Positions 9,809-19,807 are shown, counted from the stretch's first letter. The stretch: DNA of 64,000 bases from Candidatus Kapaibacterium sp. (GCA_963665665.1 OY762428.1:2976001-3040000); one strand, 5' to 3'. Made by a program: numbers and translations. Notes: a model not told the origin generated them from the sequence alone.

Positions 9809-12800
9809 ATGACTAAATCTACTCTTAACCGCGGGCTGATATCAGCTATTTTCGCGATTGTTTTTCTGATTATCGGAGCCAGGGATACTATGTCTCAGCT
9901 GCCGGACTACTGTTCGGTATGGCCAATGGCCGGCTGTACTTACTCGTATGATTACGGCTCAATGTACGGCTATGCATATATAACCTGGGTTGAGATAAAA
10001 TCAGCAGACGGTGAAGTAGTGCTTGATCATTCATCAGGTAATGAATCACCATACCGCTACTGGGATGATATCACATGGGAAATGGTTCCTGGTGTTACAT
10101 ACACAGTAACAGTGAAAAGCACGGGACGTTACAGGAATGTAACCAGGCTGTTTATTGACTGGGACCGTGACGGACAGTTTATAAATATGCCGGATCAGAA
10201 AGAATTCTATGGCCGTTCATGGTATGAATACTACTATAGCTCTGCCCTTTGGGAACCAAGAGGGTCTTACTATGGCGGGCCGCGTGTCACATTTGAAGTA
10301 CAGGTTCCGGAATGGGCTTCAGAAAAATTCAGAATGAGGATTATGTCTTCATACTACCTGTATTATTACCAGCAGAGTCCTTACCAGTACAGATACCCCT
10401 GGGATGATGCCTGTATCAACGGTTCGGTAAGTAATTATACATTTGGTAAATACTGCTACAACTACGGCGAGACTCATGACTATGACTTCGACGTATTCGG
10501 CGGTGTTAAAGACACATATCCCGGTGATGACGATATTCTGTATGCCGGTGAAGATTATGACGGCACAACCCGCCTGAAAAACGGCGAAATGGTTGATTTC
10601 CCCAAGCCACAGATAATCTTTCCGTCCGAGCCTGATGCAGGCGCGCTTGTGCGCTTCTATATCTACGGCCCGGCTCCTTCATCAGATTTAGTATATGAAG
10701 GCCTGGCAGAATATCCGTCAACATCTGAGAACATTGATGTTGCAAATGCTGTTGGTAACACATATACAATAGTACATTCCAAAGGTTTGTATTCATATCC
10801 GAAATCACCTTATGGTGACGGTACATTTAATGCAAGCCGTGGTGGTACATATAAGGTATATGCTTATCAGCTTGAATCTCCTTCAGCAAAGATCAATACA
10901 TTTACAGTATCCTGGGACAATGACCTTTCAGTTTCAAGGATCGTTTCCCCGAGGACAAACGTTGAACCTGATTTCTTTAAATATGTTCAGGGTCAGTCGA
11001 TCAGAGTTATCGGCCTGTACAGGAACGTTGGTATCAACGATGTAACCGAGTTTGAAGGAACAGCTCGTATATGGGATCCCAACGGCGAATTGGTTTATGA
11101 AGATACAAAATCCTACGAGGCTCCCCCGAGGGAAGTCCTCAGTACAGCAGATGCTGTTGAGCTTGAGTTCAATAACGCAAGGTTCACGCAAACCGGCGTT
11201 TATACAATTGAAATGACCTGTGACCTTATTGATACGGAAGATGATGACTTCGAAGGCGACCAGGATGACTATAATGACGTAGTTCCGCGTTCAGACCTCA
11301 GCAGCTATACGTTCGAGATTTCCTACGAAATCCAGCTTCAGGCAGATGAAATTCTTCTCCCGACAGAAGATACTGAAGTACTTGTGAACCGTACTGTAAT
11401 TCCAATGGCACGCTTTGCAAACGCCGGTATCGGCGATGCATCCGACGTACCTGCAACAATGATCGTCAAAAACGAAGACGGCGAAACTGTATACGAAAGT
11501 AATATCATTGTACAGGATATTCCTTCCGGAAAATATAATACCAAGATTGAGAAATTTGAAGAAATGACAATTTCCGAACCTGGGGATTATACAGTTTGCG
11601 TATGGCTTACAGATGATAACGACCCTGTTCGCGAAGACGATACAGTATGCACAACATTCTCGGTGGAAGCCGGAATGCAGGGAACGTTTACTGTTGGTAC
11701 TCTTTACGAAGGTCAGGAACGTAACTATACAACAATTGATGACCTGATGAAAGCCCTTTATTTCAAAGGTATAACAGGCCCAATCACATTTGAATTCACA
11801 GATGCAAGTTATGAATTAACAGAAAACAACTATGAATTCGGTGCATGGGAATTCACATCAAGGATTATCGGCCTTGGCTACGACCTTGAAACTGAAGAAC
11901 CTTATACAATAACATTCAAGCCTCACAGGTCAAGAGCAAATGTTAAAGGTGGTGTAACATTTACACTTAATTCAGCAAGTGGCCGCGGCGTAACATTCGG
12001 GCAGTCACACTACCCACAGAACAAATGGGCCATTGCGCGTAAATTCCCGTCACCTGCTAACTCAAACTCACAGGGACATATTATCTTTGACGGCGGCCGT
12101 CAGAAAGCGCTTAAATTCGTCCTTAATACAACGAACGAACACGGATCGGCATTCTATCTTGGCCGCGGATCAAGCAATGTAACAGTTAAAAACTGTATCA
12201 TTGAAAATGGTACAGAAGGCATAAAAACACAGACAAGAATACCTCTTGTAACATTTGATCCTTCACGCGGTTTCGGATTTGAAGGCGACGTATTCGAATC
12301 AGGCGGGGTACGTTCAAGCTACTCTGCAGGTATCGTATCAAGGTCAAGCCTTCTTAAAGCAGAAGAAAGCGAATTTATCAAACTTGATACAGTTCCCAAC
12401 ACGAACAACGTAATTGAAGGCAACGAGATCAGCGGCTTTGGTTATGGTATCATGTCGCTTGGTATCGGCGCTCTCTACATGCAGAACGAGAACTACTACC
12501 AGCGCTTCTACAACGAAGACAACACATACAGCAATAATACAATAACAGACTGCTACCGTGCAGGTATCCTCCTCGGCTTTGAAGAAGACAGTAAAGTTGA
12601 AGGCAACAGGATATATGACATGGGCGGCGCATCCAATGCAGCAGGTATCCTTCTTGGCGGAAACAGCCGTGATGACATTGACGGATATAACAACGTTGAC
12701 ATCATGGTAAACGGCAACGAGATCAGCGGCATTGAAGCCCGCGACTTTGCCTTCGGTATCAGCAACGAGCAGGTAAGGATAACATTCCAGAACCCGGGCG

Positions 12801-15466
12801 GCGGAGTTGTTTACTTCCCGAACAAGATGGAAGACATCGTTATCAGCAATAACGTTGTTCGCGGCATCACAGGAAATGCAAATACAAATATCTGCGGAAT
12901 CGGCTCCTTCACAAGGCGTTATGATGATGCCAGGGAAAACTGGGAATTCATCTCCACACCGTTTGAAGAAGACTACTTCACAAGAGGCGATATCATTGCC
13001 AACAACACAGTGGTAATGACAGATGAAGAAGATATTGAAAATGCAGGCGCAGTTGCAGCTATCGGCATTCAGAATGCATACGGTGCAACATTCAAGAATA
13101 ACGCCATCCTCTTCGAAGACGAAAGCTTCGACGCAGGCAGCCCCATGGCAGCGGGCTTATTCTACCAGGGCCCGAAAACAGGCAGCGAAGGCGGCCTTAT
13201 GAGTGACAGGAATGCCTACTTCACAGGCAATGCCACACTCTTCCGCTTTATCGAAACAGATGCAGAAGGCAACCTTCTGGAACCAGGCACAAGGAATGAA
13301 TTCCAGACACTGGGCCAGTGGCAGCTCTGGACAGGCGCAGACCTGAACTCAATAAATGCTGACTTCACATCAGACATGGACTACCAGGGTAATTATCCTT
13401 ATAAACTAAGAATAGACGACGTACCCGAACTTCCACTTGGTTCAGTCCTTAACAACAGGGGTGAAAACCTTGACGAAGTAACAGAAGATATAGACGGCAA
13501 CCCGAGAGGCGCCGCCGGCCAGCGCTGCGATATTGGCGCATTTGAATTTGCAGGCCGTATGTTCGTATCCGACGTTGAAATGCAGAACATCCCCGTTCCT
13601 GGTAACTACAAAGCAGGCGACGGCAGCTTCAACGATGCAGAATATATAATGACAGACGCACCTGTTGAAATAACAGCCAACATCAGAAATAATGGTTCAC
13701 TCCAGCAGTCAGACATTAACGTTTACGTTAAAGTCTTCAGGCAGGAGCCTGACGGCACTTATGACGAAGATGCTCCTGTAGTTGACAAAACAGTAAAAAC
13801 ATCTATCCCGACAACAGAAAGCCGCATGGTATCATTCGGCCTTGCAGACGGTGATAATGACGACTTTGCTCCGGCTACATACCTTGACCTTGATACATTG
13901 AACTATACAGTGCCTTATCTCTTCACAGAGATGAAAGCCAACGTAACACCTGTATACAAGATCGAAGTAAGCGTCGAAAGCGATCAGGAAAATGATAATA
14001 ACATAATCGAAAAAGAAGTAAGGTTCTACATAAGGAAATCTCCTCTGAAACTTCTCGTTTCATCAGAGAACTCCATGCGCGACCTTTATGCAGCAAACAT
14101 GTACACACCGGGACTTCCCACAGCCAACGAAATAGCAGGACGTTTGAACCGCGACAGCCTTGACCAGGCACTGCGCCGCCTTGGCTGGTACACAGACCTT
14201 GAAGAAGAACGCTTTGACGTAGACCTCTTTGACAGGACAGCATGGGAAGAAAGAGCCGTAAACTATACAATCTACCGCTCAATCTTCTGGACTGACGGCG
14301 ATGACAGCAACGGCGATGACAAAGGTATCACACGCTACCAGCGCCAGGATATCCGCGACTTCCTGAACGAAGGCGTGCCGGGCGACAAACGCAACCTCGT
14401 GGTAAGTTCACAGGAACTTGTACGCGAACTGAGCTCAGCCGGAACAGTAAACAACAGCGATCCTGAATTCGTAGAAGAGATACTCAGGGCCGAGAATGTA
14501 TATCCTTACAATCCTCTTGGCATGAATGTCAGCAATAACGGCAACAGCGTAACAGGCGAAGCTGTAGGCCAGGGCCTGACAGAGTATATCTCTGCATCAA
14601 GCTATATCGACCAGGATTACCGTGAAATGGACGGCAATGTGGTAACACTGAACGACGTACAGCCTTATTGCGGACTTATGGACGTAAGCCCCAACGGCGA
14701 CGGACTTGCCAGGATAGCTTACAACTATGAAAACCACGATGCAGCACCGAACAACAGCGGAATGGGCGTAGCCACAACAACACTTGAACGCAACGTAGTA
14801 GTACTTGGTGTTGACTGGCGTCACTGGGCAAACCTCGACCGTGTACTCCGCTCTGTATTTGACTTTGTAGAAAACAACGGCGGCGAGATCGTTCCTGTAG
14901 AGCTTGCAGCATTCGATGCAACAGCAGCAGGCAAACGCGTGGATATTACATGGGCAACAGCGAGTGAATATAACTCCTCACTCTTTGAAGTTGAAAAAGC
15001 AGGCTACAGCGAGGCAGGCACAGGCTTGTTCACAGGCATCGGCGAGATGGCAGCAGCCGGCAACAGCAGCAAACATCTCGAATACGGCCCCGTAACAGAC
15101 TATGATGTAGAATATGGTAACAGCTATGTTTACAGGCTGAAGATGACAGACCTTGACGGAAAAGTTAACTACAGTGATGAAGAAGTAGTAACAATCGGCG
15201 AAAACGGTGCTATTAGCTTAGGCCAGGCATTCCCGAACCCGAGTAAGGAATCTGCTAAGTTCAGCCTGAGCACAGGCAGCGACGTAAACATCAGCATAGA
15301 CCTTTATGATATGAGCGGCAAGCTTGTACGCAACGTTATGAGCGAAAACACAAGCGGCACAAGGACAATTGAAGTGGATACCCGCAACCTTACAAGCGGC
15401 AGTTACACACTCGTTCTTCGCAGCGGCTCAACAATCATCAACAGGACTGTTCGCGTTGTTAAGTAA
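9809..15466 (+). CDS. Large T9SS-secreted surface protein (GEVED-like domain, Ig/CARDB-like domains, right-handed beta-helix, choice-of-anchor Q-like motif, T9SS CTD)
   Basis: GGAG RBS before ATG 9809, signal peptide, FIDWDRDGQF...RMRI...GETHDY, repeated I.GN.ISG beta-helix units, DIDGNPR...DIGAFEF, VPVELAAFDA, AFPNPS...SGSYTLVL CTD. Confidence 0.85.
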   Translation: MTKSTLNRGLISAIFAIVFLIIGARDTMSQLPDYCSVWPMAGCTYSYDYGSMYGYAYITWVEIKSADGEVVLDHSSGNESPYRYWDDITWEMVPGVTYTVTVKSTGRYRNVTRLFIDWDRDGQFINMPDQKEFYGRSWYEYYYSSALWEPRGSYYGGPRVTFEVQVPEWASEKFRMRIMSSYYLYYYQQSPYQYRYPWDDACINGSVSNYTFGKYCYNYGETHDYDFDVFGGVKDTYPGDDDILYAGEDYDGTTRLKNGEMVDFPKPQIIFPSEPDAGALVRFYIYGPAPSSDLVYEGLAEYPSTSENIDVANAVGNTYTIVHSKGLYSYPKSPYGDGTFNASRGGTYKVYAYQLESPSAKINTFTVSWDNDLSVSRIVSPRTNVEPDFFKYVQGQSIRVIGLYRNVGINDVTEFEGTARIWDPNGELVYEDTKSYEAPPREVLSTADAVELEFNNARFTQTGVYTIEMTCDLIDTEDDDFEGDQDDYNDVVPRSDLSSYTFEISYEIQLQADEILLPTEDTEVLVNRTVIPMARFANAGIGDASDVPATMIVKNEDGETVYESNIIVQDIPSGKYNTKIEKFEEMTISEPGDYTVCVWLTDDNDPVREDDTVCTTFSVEAGMQGTFTVGTLYEGQERNYTTIDDLMKALYFKGITGPITFEFTDASYELTENNYEFGAWEFTSRIIGLGYDLETEEPYTITFKPHRSRANVKGGVTFTLNSASGRGVTFGQSHYPQNKWAIARKFPSPANSNSQGHIIFDGGRQKALKFVLNTTNEHGSAFYLGRGSSNVTVKNCIIENGTEGIKTQTRIPLVTFDPSRGFGFEGDVFESGGVRSSYSAGIVSRSSLLKAEESEFIKLDTVPNTNNVIEGNEISGFGYGIMSLGIGALYMQNENYYQRFYNEDNTYSNNTITDCYRAGILLGFEEDSKVEGNRIYDMGGASNAAGILLGGNSRDDIDGYNNVDIMVNGNEISGIEARDFAFGISNEQVRITFQNPGGGVVYFPNKMEDIVISNNVVRGITGNANTNICGIGSFTRRYDDARENWEFISTPFEEDYFTRGDIIANNTVVMTDEEDIENAGAVAAIGIQNAYGATFKNNAILFEDESFDAGSPMAAGLFYQGPKTGSEGGLMSDRNAYFTGNATLFRFIETDAEGNLLEPGTRNEFQTLGQWQLWTGADLNSINADFTSDMDYQGNYPYKLRIDDVPELPLGSVLNNRGENLDEVTEDIDGNPRGAAGQRCDIGAFEFAGRMFVSDVEMQNIPVPGNYKAGDGSFNDAEYIMTDAPVEITANIRNNGSLQQSDINVYVKVFRQEPDGTYDEDAPVVDKTVKTSIPTTESRMVSFGLADGDNDDFAPATYLDLDTLNYTVPYLFTEMKANVTPVYKIEVSVESDQENDNNIIEKEVRFYIRKSPLKLLVSSENSMRDLYAANMYTPGLPTANEIAGRLNRDSLDQALRRLGWYTDLEEERFDVDLFDRTAWEERAVNYTIYRSIFWTDGDDSNGDDKGITRYQRQDIRDFLNEGVPGDKRNLVVSSQELVRELSSAGTVNNSDPEFVEEILRAENVYPYNPLGMNVSNNGNSVTGEAVGQGLTEYISASSYIDQDYREMDGNVVTLNDVQPYCGLMDVSPNGDGLARIAYNYENHDAAPNNSGMGVATTTLERNVVVLGVDWRHWANLDRVLRSVFDFVENNGGEIVPVELAAFDATAAGKRVDITWATASEYNSSLFEVEKAGYSEAGTGLFTGIGEMAAAGNSSKHLEYGPVTDYDVEYGNSYVYRLKMTDLDGKVNYSDEEVVTIGENGAISLGQAFPNPSKESAKFSLSTGSDVNISIDLYDMSGKLVRNVMSENTSGTRTIEVDTRNLTSGSYTLVLRSGSTIINRTVRVVK

Positions 15467-15507
15467 TCAACCTTAACAGCTGAATATAATTCTTATAATA
15501 AGAAAAG

Positions 15508-15534
15508 AACCCCGGGCAAAGCCCGGGGTTTTTT
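15508..15534 (+). terminator. Intrinsic terminator
   Basis: AACCCCGGGC-aaa-GCCCGGGGTT followed by a T-run, 40 bp after the stop codon. Confidence 0.85.
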
Positions 15535-15546
15535 GTTATTACAATA

Positions 15547-15657
15547 TATGTTGAGACAGAATGGATTTCATTTGATACCCTAAAAGTAAAATATTCAGAA
15601 AATCTGAAACCGATTAAATTATTCAATAAAAAAAAGTATGTTGCGTATTCAAAATAA
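15547..15657 (+). pseudogene. 3' fragment of unannotated gene X (piece A)
   Basis: Translates YVETEWISFDTLKVKYSENLKP, matching YVETEWISFNTIKVKYSENLKP in 17805..18251. Four of six differences are synonymous. Confidence 0.75.
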
Positions 15658-15734
15658 AAAGGTCTGTGTTTTTGCAGTTGTTTTATCAGACTGTTCTTCT
15701 AATAAATATTCGATAATTTTTATAGATAATAATT

Positions 15735-15971
15735 ATGAATTCAAACACATATAAATTAGCGTTGAACTTTGAGCAAATCCTTGAGTTGGTCAGGCAGTTG
15801 CCCAAAAATGACAAAGCCAGATTAAGCAAGGAATTGGCCAAAGATGCTATTGATTCCAGGTTGACCCGGTTATTGAATTCCTTCTCTACTGATGATATTT
15901 CAGAGGAGATGATAATTCAGGAAGTTGAAAATGTAAGAGCTGAAATTTATGCCGAAAAAAAAGAGAACTAA
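15735..15971 (+). CDS. Type II antitoxin, VapB15-like
   Basis: 78 aa, LNFEQILELVRQLP...ISEEMIIQEVENVRAE. Overlaps the downstream PIN gene. Confidence 0.75.
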   Translation: MNSNTYKLALNFEQILELVRQLPKNDKARLSKELAKDAIDSRLTRLLNSFSTDDISEEMIIQEVENVRAEIYAEKKEN

Positions 15972-16383
15972 GATAATAATCGACACGAATCTTTTTATTA
16001 GCTTTCTTATTGGTAAAAGGCTTTCCGGATTAAAACAAACTTTAGTCCAAGCTTCAGTTCAATTGATATTTTCACACGAAAATATTGAAGAATTAAAAAT
16101 TGTTACTTCCCGTCCTAAATTTCAAAAATATTTTAATTCAAAAGATGTTCTCGATTTGATTGACCTGATTTATTCTATTGGTAGAATTATTGAAATTGAA
16201 AAAGAACCAGAAATTTGCAGAGATCCGAAAGATAATTTTCTATTGGCACTTTCGGATAAGGGAAAAGCTGATTATTTAGTAACCGGCGATACTGATTTAC
16301 TGATAATTGGAAAATATAAGAAAACCAAAATTATTACAATCAATCAACTCGAAGCTATAATCCAAGAGATTACAAGTAATTGA
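15949..16383 (+). CDS. PIN-domain (VapC-like, TIGR00305-type) toxin
   Basis: IIIDTNLFISFLI, CRDPKDNFLLAL, ADYLVTGDTDLL. Confidence 0.9.
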   Translation: MPKKKRTKIIIDTNLFISFLIGKRLSGLKQTLVQASVQLIFSHENIEELKIVTSRPKFQKYFNSKDVLDLIDLIYSIGRIIEIEKEPEICRDPKDNFLLALSDKGKADYLVTGDTDLLIIGKYKKTKIITINQLEAIIQEITSN

Positions 16384-16402
16384 TAACAAATAAAAGCTGA
16401 TT

Positions 16403-16660
16403 TTGAAAAAACCAGTTAAATACAGCATAATATTACTCATTACTATTCTGCCAATCGGTTTAATAACCTGATGGAGAATTATTCTTTATAATTTTGATCT
16501 TTTCGGTAAACCCCAGAAGGAAATATTATCAGTAAATTGTGATCCGGATGGTAAAAGGCAGGCGATTATATATGATTTTGGCGGCAATGCTGTAACCATT
16601 CCTCTGATTGCTGTATCGATTGATCCGGGGTGTTCGGGAGATACAGAAGATGATGAGTAA
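16403..16660 (+). pseudogene. 5' fragment of unannotated gene X (piece B), with in-frame TGA at 16469-16471
   Basis: LKKPVKYSIILLITILPIGLIT*WRIILYNFDLFGKPQKE...CSGDTEDDE*. Bases 16416-16653 match 17821-18058. Confidence 0.75.
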
Positions 16661-18058
16661 ATTGTAAAACAGGCAATTGTTTCAATATCAAAGAGAAAAA
16701 TCCAATGAGGCAGCTTTGATAGTCATTTCTGATTTATTATAAGTTTCGTAAAAGTTTTGGATTCCATCAAAGAATTTTGAATATTGGAAAGCAGAATATT
16801 CGAGGAAAGATAAATGAAAAAATTACAGATAAGAAATAGTACTGCTGAATTCTTGATTTTCACAAATCAGGAAAGAAATGATCATATTGAAGTAAGATTA
16901 CAGAATGAAACTATCTGGCTTTCGCAAAAGCTAATGTCGCTGCTATTCGATTGTAGTACGGATAATATTTCACTACACCTGAAAAATATTTTCAGATCGG
17001 GCGAACTGGAAGAAAATTCAGTTACCGAGGAATTCTCGGTTACTGCTACAGACGGCAAGAATTATAAAACAAAACATTACAACCTTGACGCAATTATTTC
17101 TGTTGGATACAGAGTAAATTCTAAAAGAGCAACTCAATTCAGACAATGGGCAACTTCCGTTATTAAAAATTATGCTGTTAAGGGGTGGGTACTGGATAAA
17201 GAGAGATTAAAAAACGGATCATATCTGAATGAAAATTATTTTGATGAATTGCTTGCAGAAATTAGAGAAATCAGGGCAAGTGAAAGGATGTTTTATCAAA
17301 AAATAACCGACATTTATTCAACTTCTTTTGATTACAATATTGATAGTCCTACAACAAAAGAATTTTTTGCATCTGTTCAAAATAAACTTCATTTTGCTAT
17401 ACACGGCAATACAGCAGCTGAATTAGTAATACAAAGAGCCGATAGTAAAAAGGATTATATGGGATTGACGAGTTGGAAAAACGCTCCTACAGGTAAAATT
17501 ATTAAAACAGATGTTTCAATTGCAAAAAACTATCTAAATAAAGCAGAATTGAAATCATTAGACAGGTTTGTTACAATGTATCTGGATTATGCAGAGACAC
17601 AAGCCGAAAGAAATATTCCCATGTCAATGGAAGACTGGTCAGGTAAATTAAATGCATTTCTGCAATTTAACGAGAAAGAAATCCTGACAAATTCAGGAAA
17701 AGTAAGTCAGGCAATAGCAAAAGCATTTGCCGAAAGTGAATTTGAAAAATATAGAATTATTCAAGACAGAATATTCAGTTCCGACTTTGATAAACTGTTG
17801 AATTATGTTAAAAAAAACGATTAAATACAGCATAATATTACTCATTACTATTCTGCCAATCGGTTTAATAACCTGATGGAGAATTATTCTTTATAATTTT
17901 GATCTTTTCGGTAAACCCCAGAAGGAAATATTATCAGTAAATTGTGATCCGGATGGTAAAAGGCAGGCGATTATATATGATTTTGGCGGCAATGCTGTAA
18001 CCATTCCGCTGATTGCTGTATCGATTGATCCGGGGTGTTCCGGAAATACAGAAGATGA
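16416..18058 (+). repeat. 238-bp direct repeat (16416-16653 and 17821-18058) flanking the RhuM gene
   Basis: Alignment by eye shows 3 mismatches. Confidence 0.9.
16814..17824 (+). CDS. Virulence RhuM family protein
   Basis: IRNSTAEFLIF, ETIWLSQKLM, YNLDAIISVGYRVNSKRATQFRQWA, IREIRASERMFYQKITDIY, VQNKLHFAIHGNTAAE. Confidence 0.9.
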   Translation: MKKLQIRNSTAEFLIFTNQERNDHIEVRLQNETIWLSQKLMSLLFDCSTDNISLHLKNIFRSGELEENSVTEEFSVTATDGKNYKTKHYNLDAIISVGYRVNSKRATQFRQWATSVIKNYAVKGWVLDKERLKNGSYLNENYFDELLAEIREIRASERMFYQKITDIYSTSFDYNIDSPTTKEFFASVQNKLHFAIHGNTAAELVIQRADSKKDYMGLTSWKNAPTGKIIKTDVSIAKNYLNKAELKSLDRFVTMYLDYAETQAERNIPMSMEDWSGKLNAFLQFNEKEILTNSGKVSQAIAKAFAESEFEKYRIIQDRIFSSDFDKLLNYVKKND

Positions 18059-18251
18059 AGATAATATCGTTGTTTTTTCTGCTGAGCATAGGGAAGGATA
18101 TGTTGAAACAGAATGGATTTCATTTAATACGATAAAGGTAAAATATTCAGAAAATCTGAAACCTCTTGCCATGATTGACCGCGTAGTTTTCAATGATTCA
18201 TCTCAGGATTTAATTGTATTGTTCGAAAAGTTTATTACCAATAAGAGATAA
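17805..18251 (+). pseudogene. Gene X, full length (148 codons; N-terminal TM/signal segment, small exported domain), with in-frame TGA at codon 24
   Basis: MLKKTIKYSIILLITILPIGLIT*WRIILYNFDLFGKPQKEILSVNCDPDGKRQAIIYDFGGNAVTIPLIAVSIDPGC...KFITNKR*. Absent from the ORF track. The ATG overlaps the end of rhuM. Confidence 0.75.
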
Positions 18252-18441
18252 TTTTTCATTCTGATAGAACGGTACCTGATCTGATTTTAAATTGGTTATT
18301 TGAAAATCATTTTCATTATACCCGCCTATTACAATAATATTTTTCATTTTTCATCTTAATAATTGGCGGCTGGTGCAGTGCCGCACTAAGGATTACCGGG
18401 AAATTGCCGAAAACTGATTAAGTATAATATTGGAGTCCGGA

Positions 18442-19770
18442 ATGACTGAAATGAATGCGATTGAGTCAACAAAAAAAAGACTGCAGGAAATAGAATCCGA
18501 GTTGACAGACCTTAAAAAAGAAAGAAAACAGCTTAATGCCCGCTGGGAGGCGGAAAAGCTGCTTATCAGCCGTATCAGGTCCTGCAAATCCGAAATTGAA
18601 GACGCAAGGAAACGCGCCGAGGATATGGAACGCGCCGGCGACCTTGGCAAAGTAGCGGAAATTCGTTACGGGAAAATACCGGAATTAGAACAAAAACTCA
18701 ACAACACAAACAATCAGCTCCACGAGCTGCAAAAACAGGGAAAAATGCTTACCGAGGAAATTGATGCTGAAGATATTGCCGAAGTTGTAGCTAAATGGAC
18801 GGGTATTCCCGTGAATAAAATGCTGGAAACAGAAAAAACAAAGCTTCTGAAAATGGAGGACAGGATTCATAACAGGCTTATAGGGCAGGATGAGGCCGTT
18901 GTATCTGTTTCCAATGCTATACGGCGCTCCCGGGCGGGCTTGCAGGATCAGGACAGGCCCGTGGGATCCTTTATATTCCTCGGCAGCACGGGGGTGGGTA
19001 AAACTGAAATGGCAAAAGCCCTTGCAGAATTTCTTTTTGATGATGAAAATGCCGTTGTGCGGATAGATATGAGCGAGTATATGGAAAAATTCGCCGTTTC
19101 CCGCCTGATAGGGGCGCCTCCGGGCTACGTTGGCTATGATGAGGGCGGACAACTGACAGAGGCCGTCAGAAGAAGGCCTTATGCTGTAATATTGCTCGAT
19201 GAAATTGAAAAAGCACATACCGAAGTGTTCAATGTATTGTTGCAGGTTCTGGACGACGGCAGGCTGACTGACAGCAAAGGCAGGACTGTTAACTTCAAGA
19301 ATACCCTAATTATTATGACATCGAATCTCGGATCGGAATTTATCCGGGAAAAAATATCAGAAATAAATGATTCGAACAGGATAGGAATACTGCACAATAT
19401 CAGGCAGAAAGTATTTGAGCAGCTTAAGCAAAGAATGAGGCCGGAATTTCTTAACCGCGTAGACGATATTATTATTTTCAACCCGCTGACGGAAAAAGAA
19501 ATTGAAAAGATTGCTTCCTTGCAGTTCAACAAACTTAAAGAAAAGGCAGCAGAAAAGGGTATTGAGCTGAGCATTTCCGGGCCTGCATTGAAAAAAATCG
19601 GAGAAGTGGGATTTGATCCCGTTTTTGGAGCAAGGCCGCTGAAAAGGGCTGTTCAGAATCATTTTACTAATCCACTGGCGGTAAAAATACTGTCATCTGA
19701 AATTATTTCGGGAGATAATGTAAATATTGATATTGATAAATCAGGTAATTTCATATTTTTGAAAAACTAA
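18442..19770 (+). CDS. clpB: ClpB C-terminal half (part of middle domain + NBD2 + C-terminal domain); N-domain and NBD1 absent
   Basis: ARWEAEK, GDLGKVAEIRYG, WTGIPV, GSTGVGKTE, RLIGAPPGYVGYDEGGQLTE, ILLDEIEKAH, GARPLKR. Start at ATG 18442 after GGAG. Confidence 0.85.
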   Translation: MTEMNAIESTKKRLQEIESELTDLKKERKQLNARWEAEKLLISRIRSCKSEIEDARKRAEDMERAGDLGKVAEIRYGKIPELEQKLNNTNNQLHELQKQGKMLTEEIDAEDIAEVVAKWTGIPVNKMLETEKTKLLKMEDRIHNRLIGQDEAVVSVSNAIRRSRAGLQDQDRPVGSFIFLGSTGVGKTEMAKALAEFLFDDENAVVRIDMSEYMEKFAVSRLIGAPPGYVGYDEGGQLTEAVRRRPYAVILLDEIEKAHTEVFNVLLQVLDDGRLTDSKGRTVNFKNTLIIMTSNLGSEFIREKISEINDSNRIGILHNIRQKVFEQLKQRMRPEFLNRVDDIIIFNPLTEKEIEKIASLQFNKLKEKAAEKGIELSISGPALKKIGEVGFDPVFGARPLKRAVQNHFTNPLAVKILSSEIISGDNVNIDIDKSGNFIFLKN

Positions 19771-19807
19771 TATCCTTTTATTTTGAAGGAAAAATCCGGG
19801 AGTTCCT

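Noticed and set aside
17874-17876. Alternative genetic code or selenocysteine at the TGA
   Set aside because: TGA terminates normal genes in this window, no obvious SECIS hairpin follows, and the context is not a redox motif.
17891-18193. 100-aa minus-strand ORF from the track
   Set aside because: It is the antisense shadow of gene X. The synonymous-substitution pattern supports the + frame.
15547-18251. Integron cassette array
   Set aside because: No integrase and no recognisable attC sites. The repeats are coding-gene fragments.
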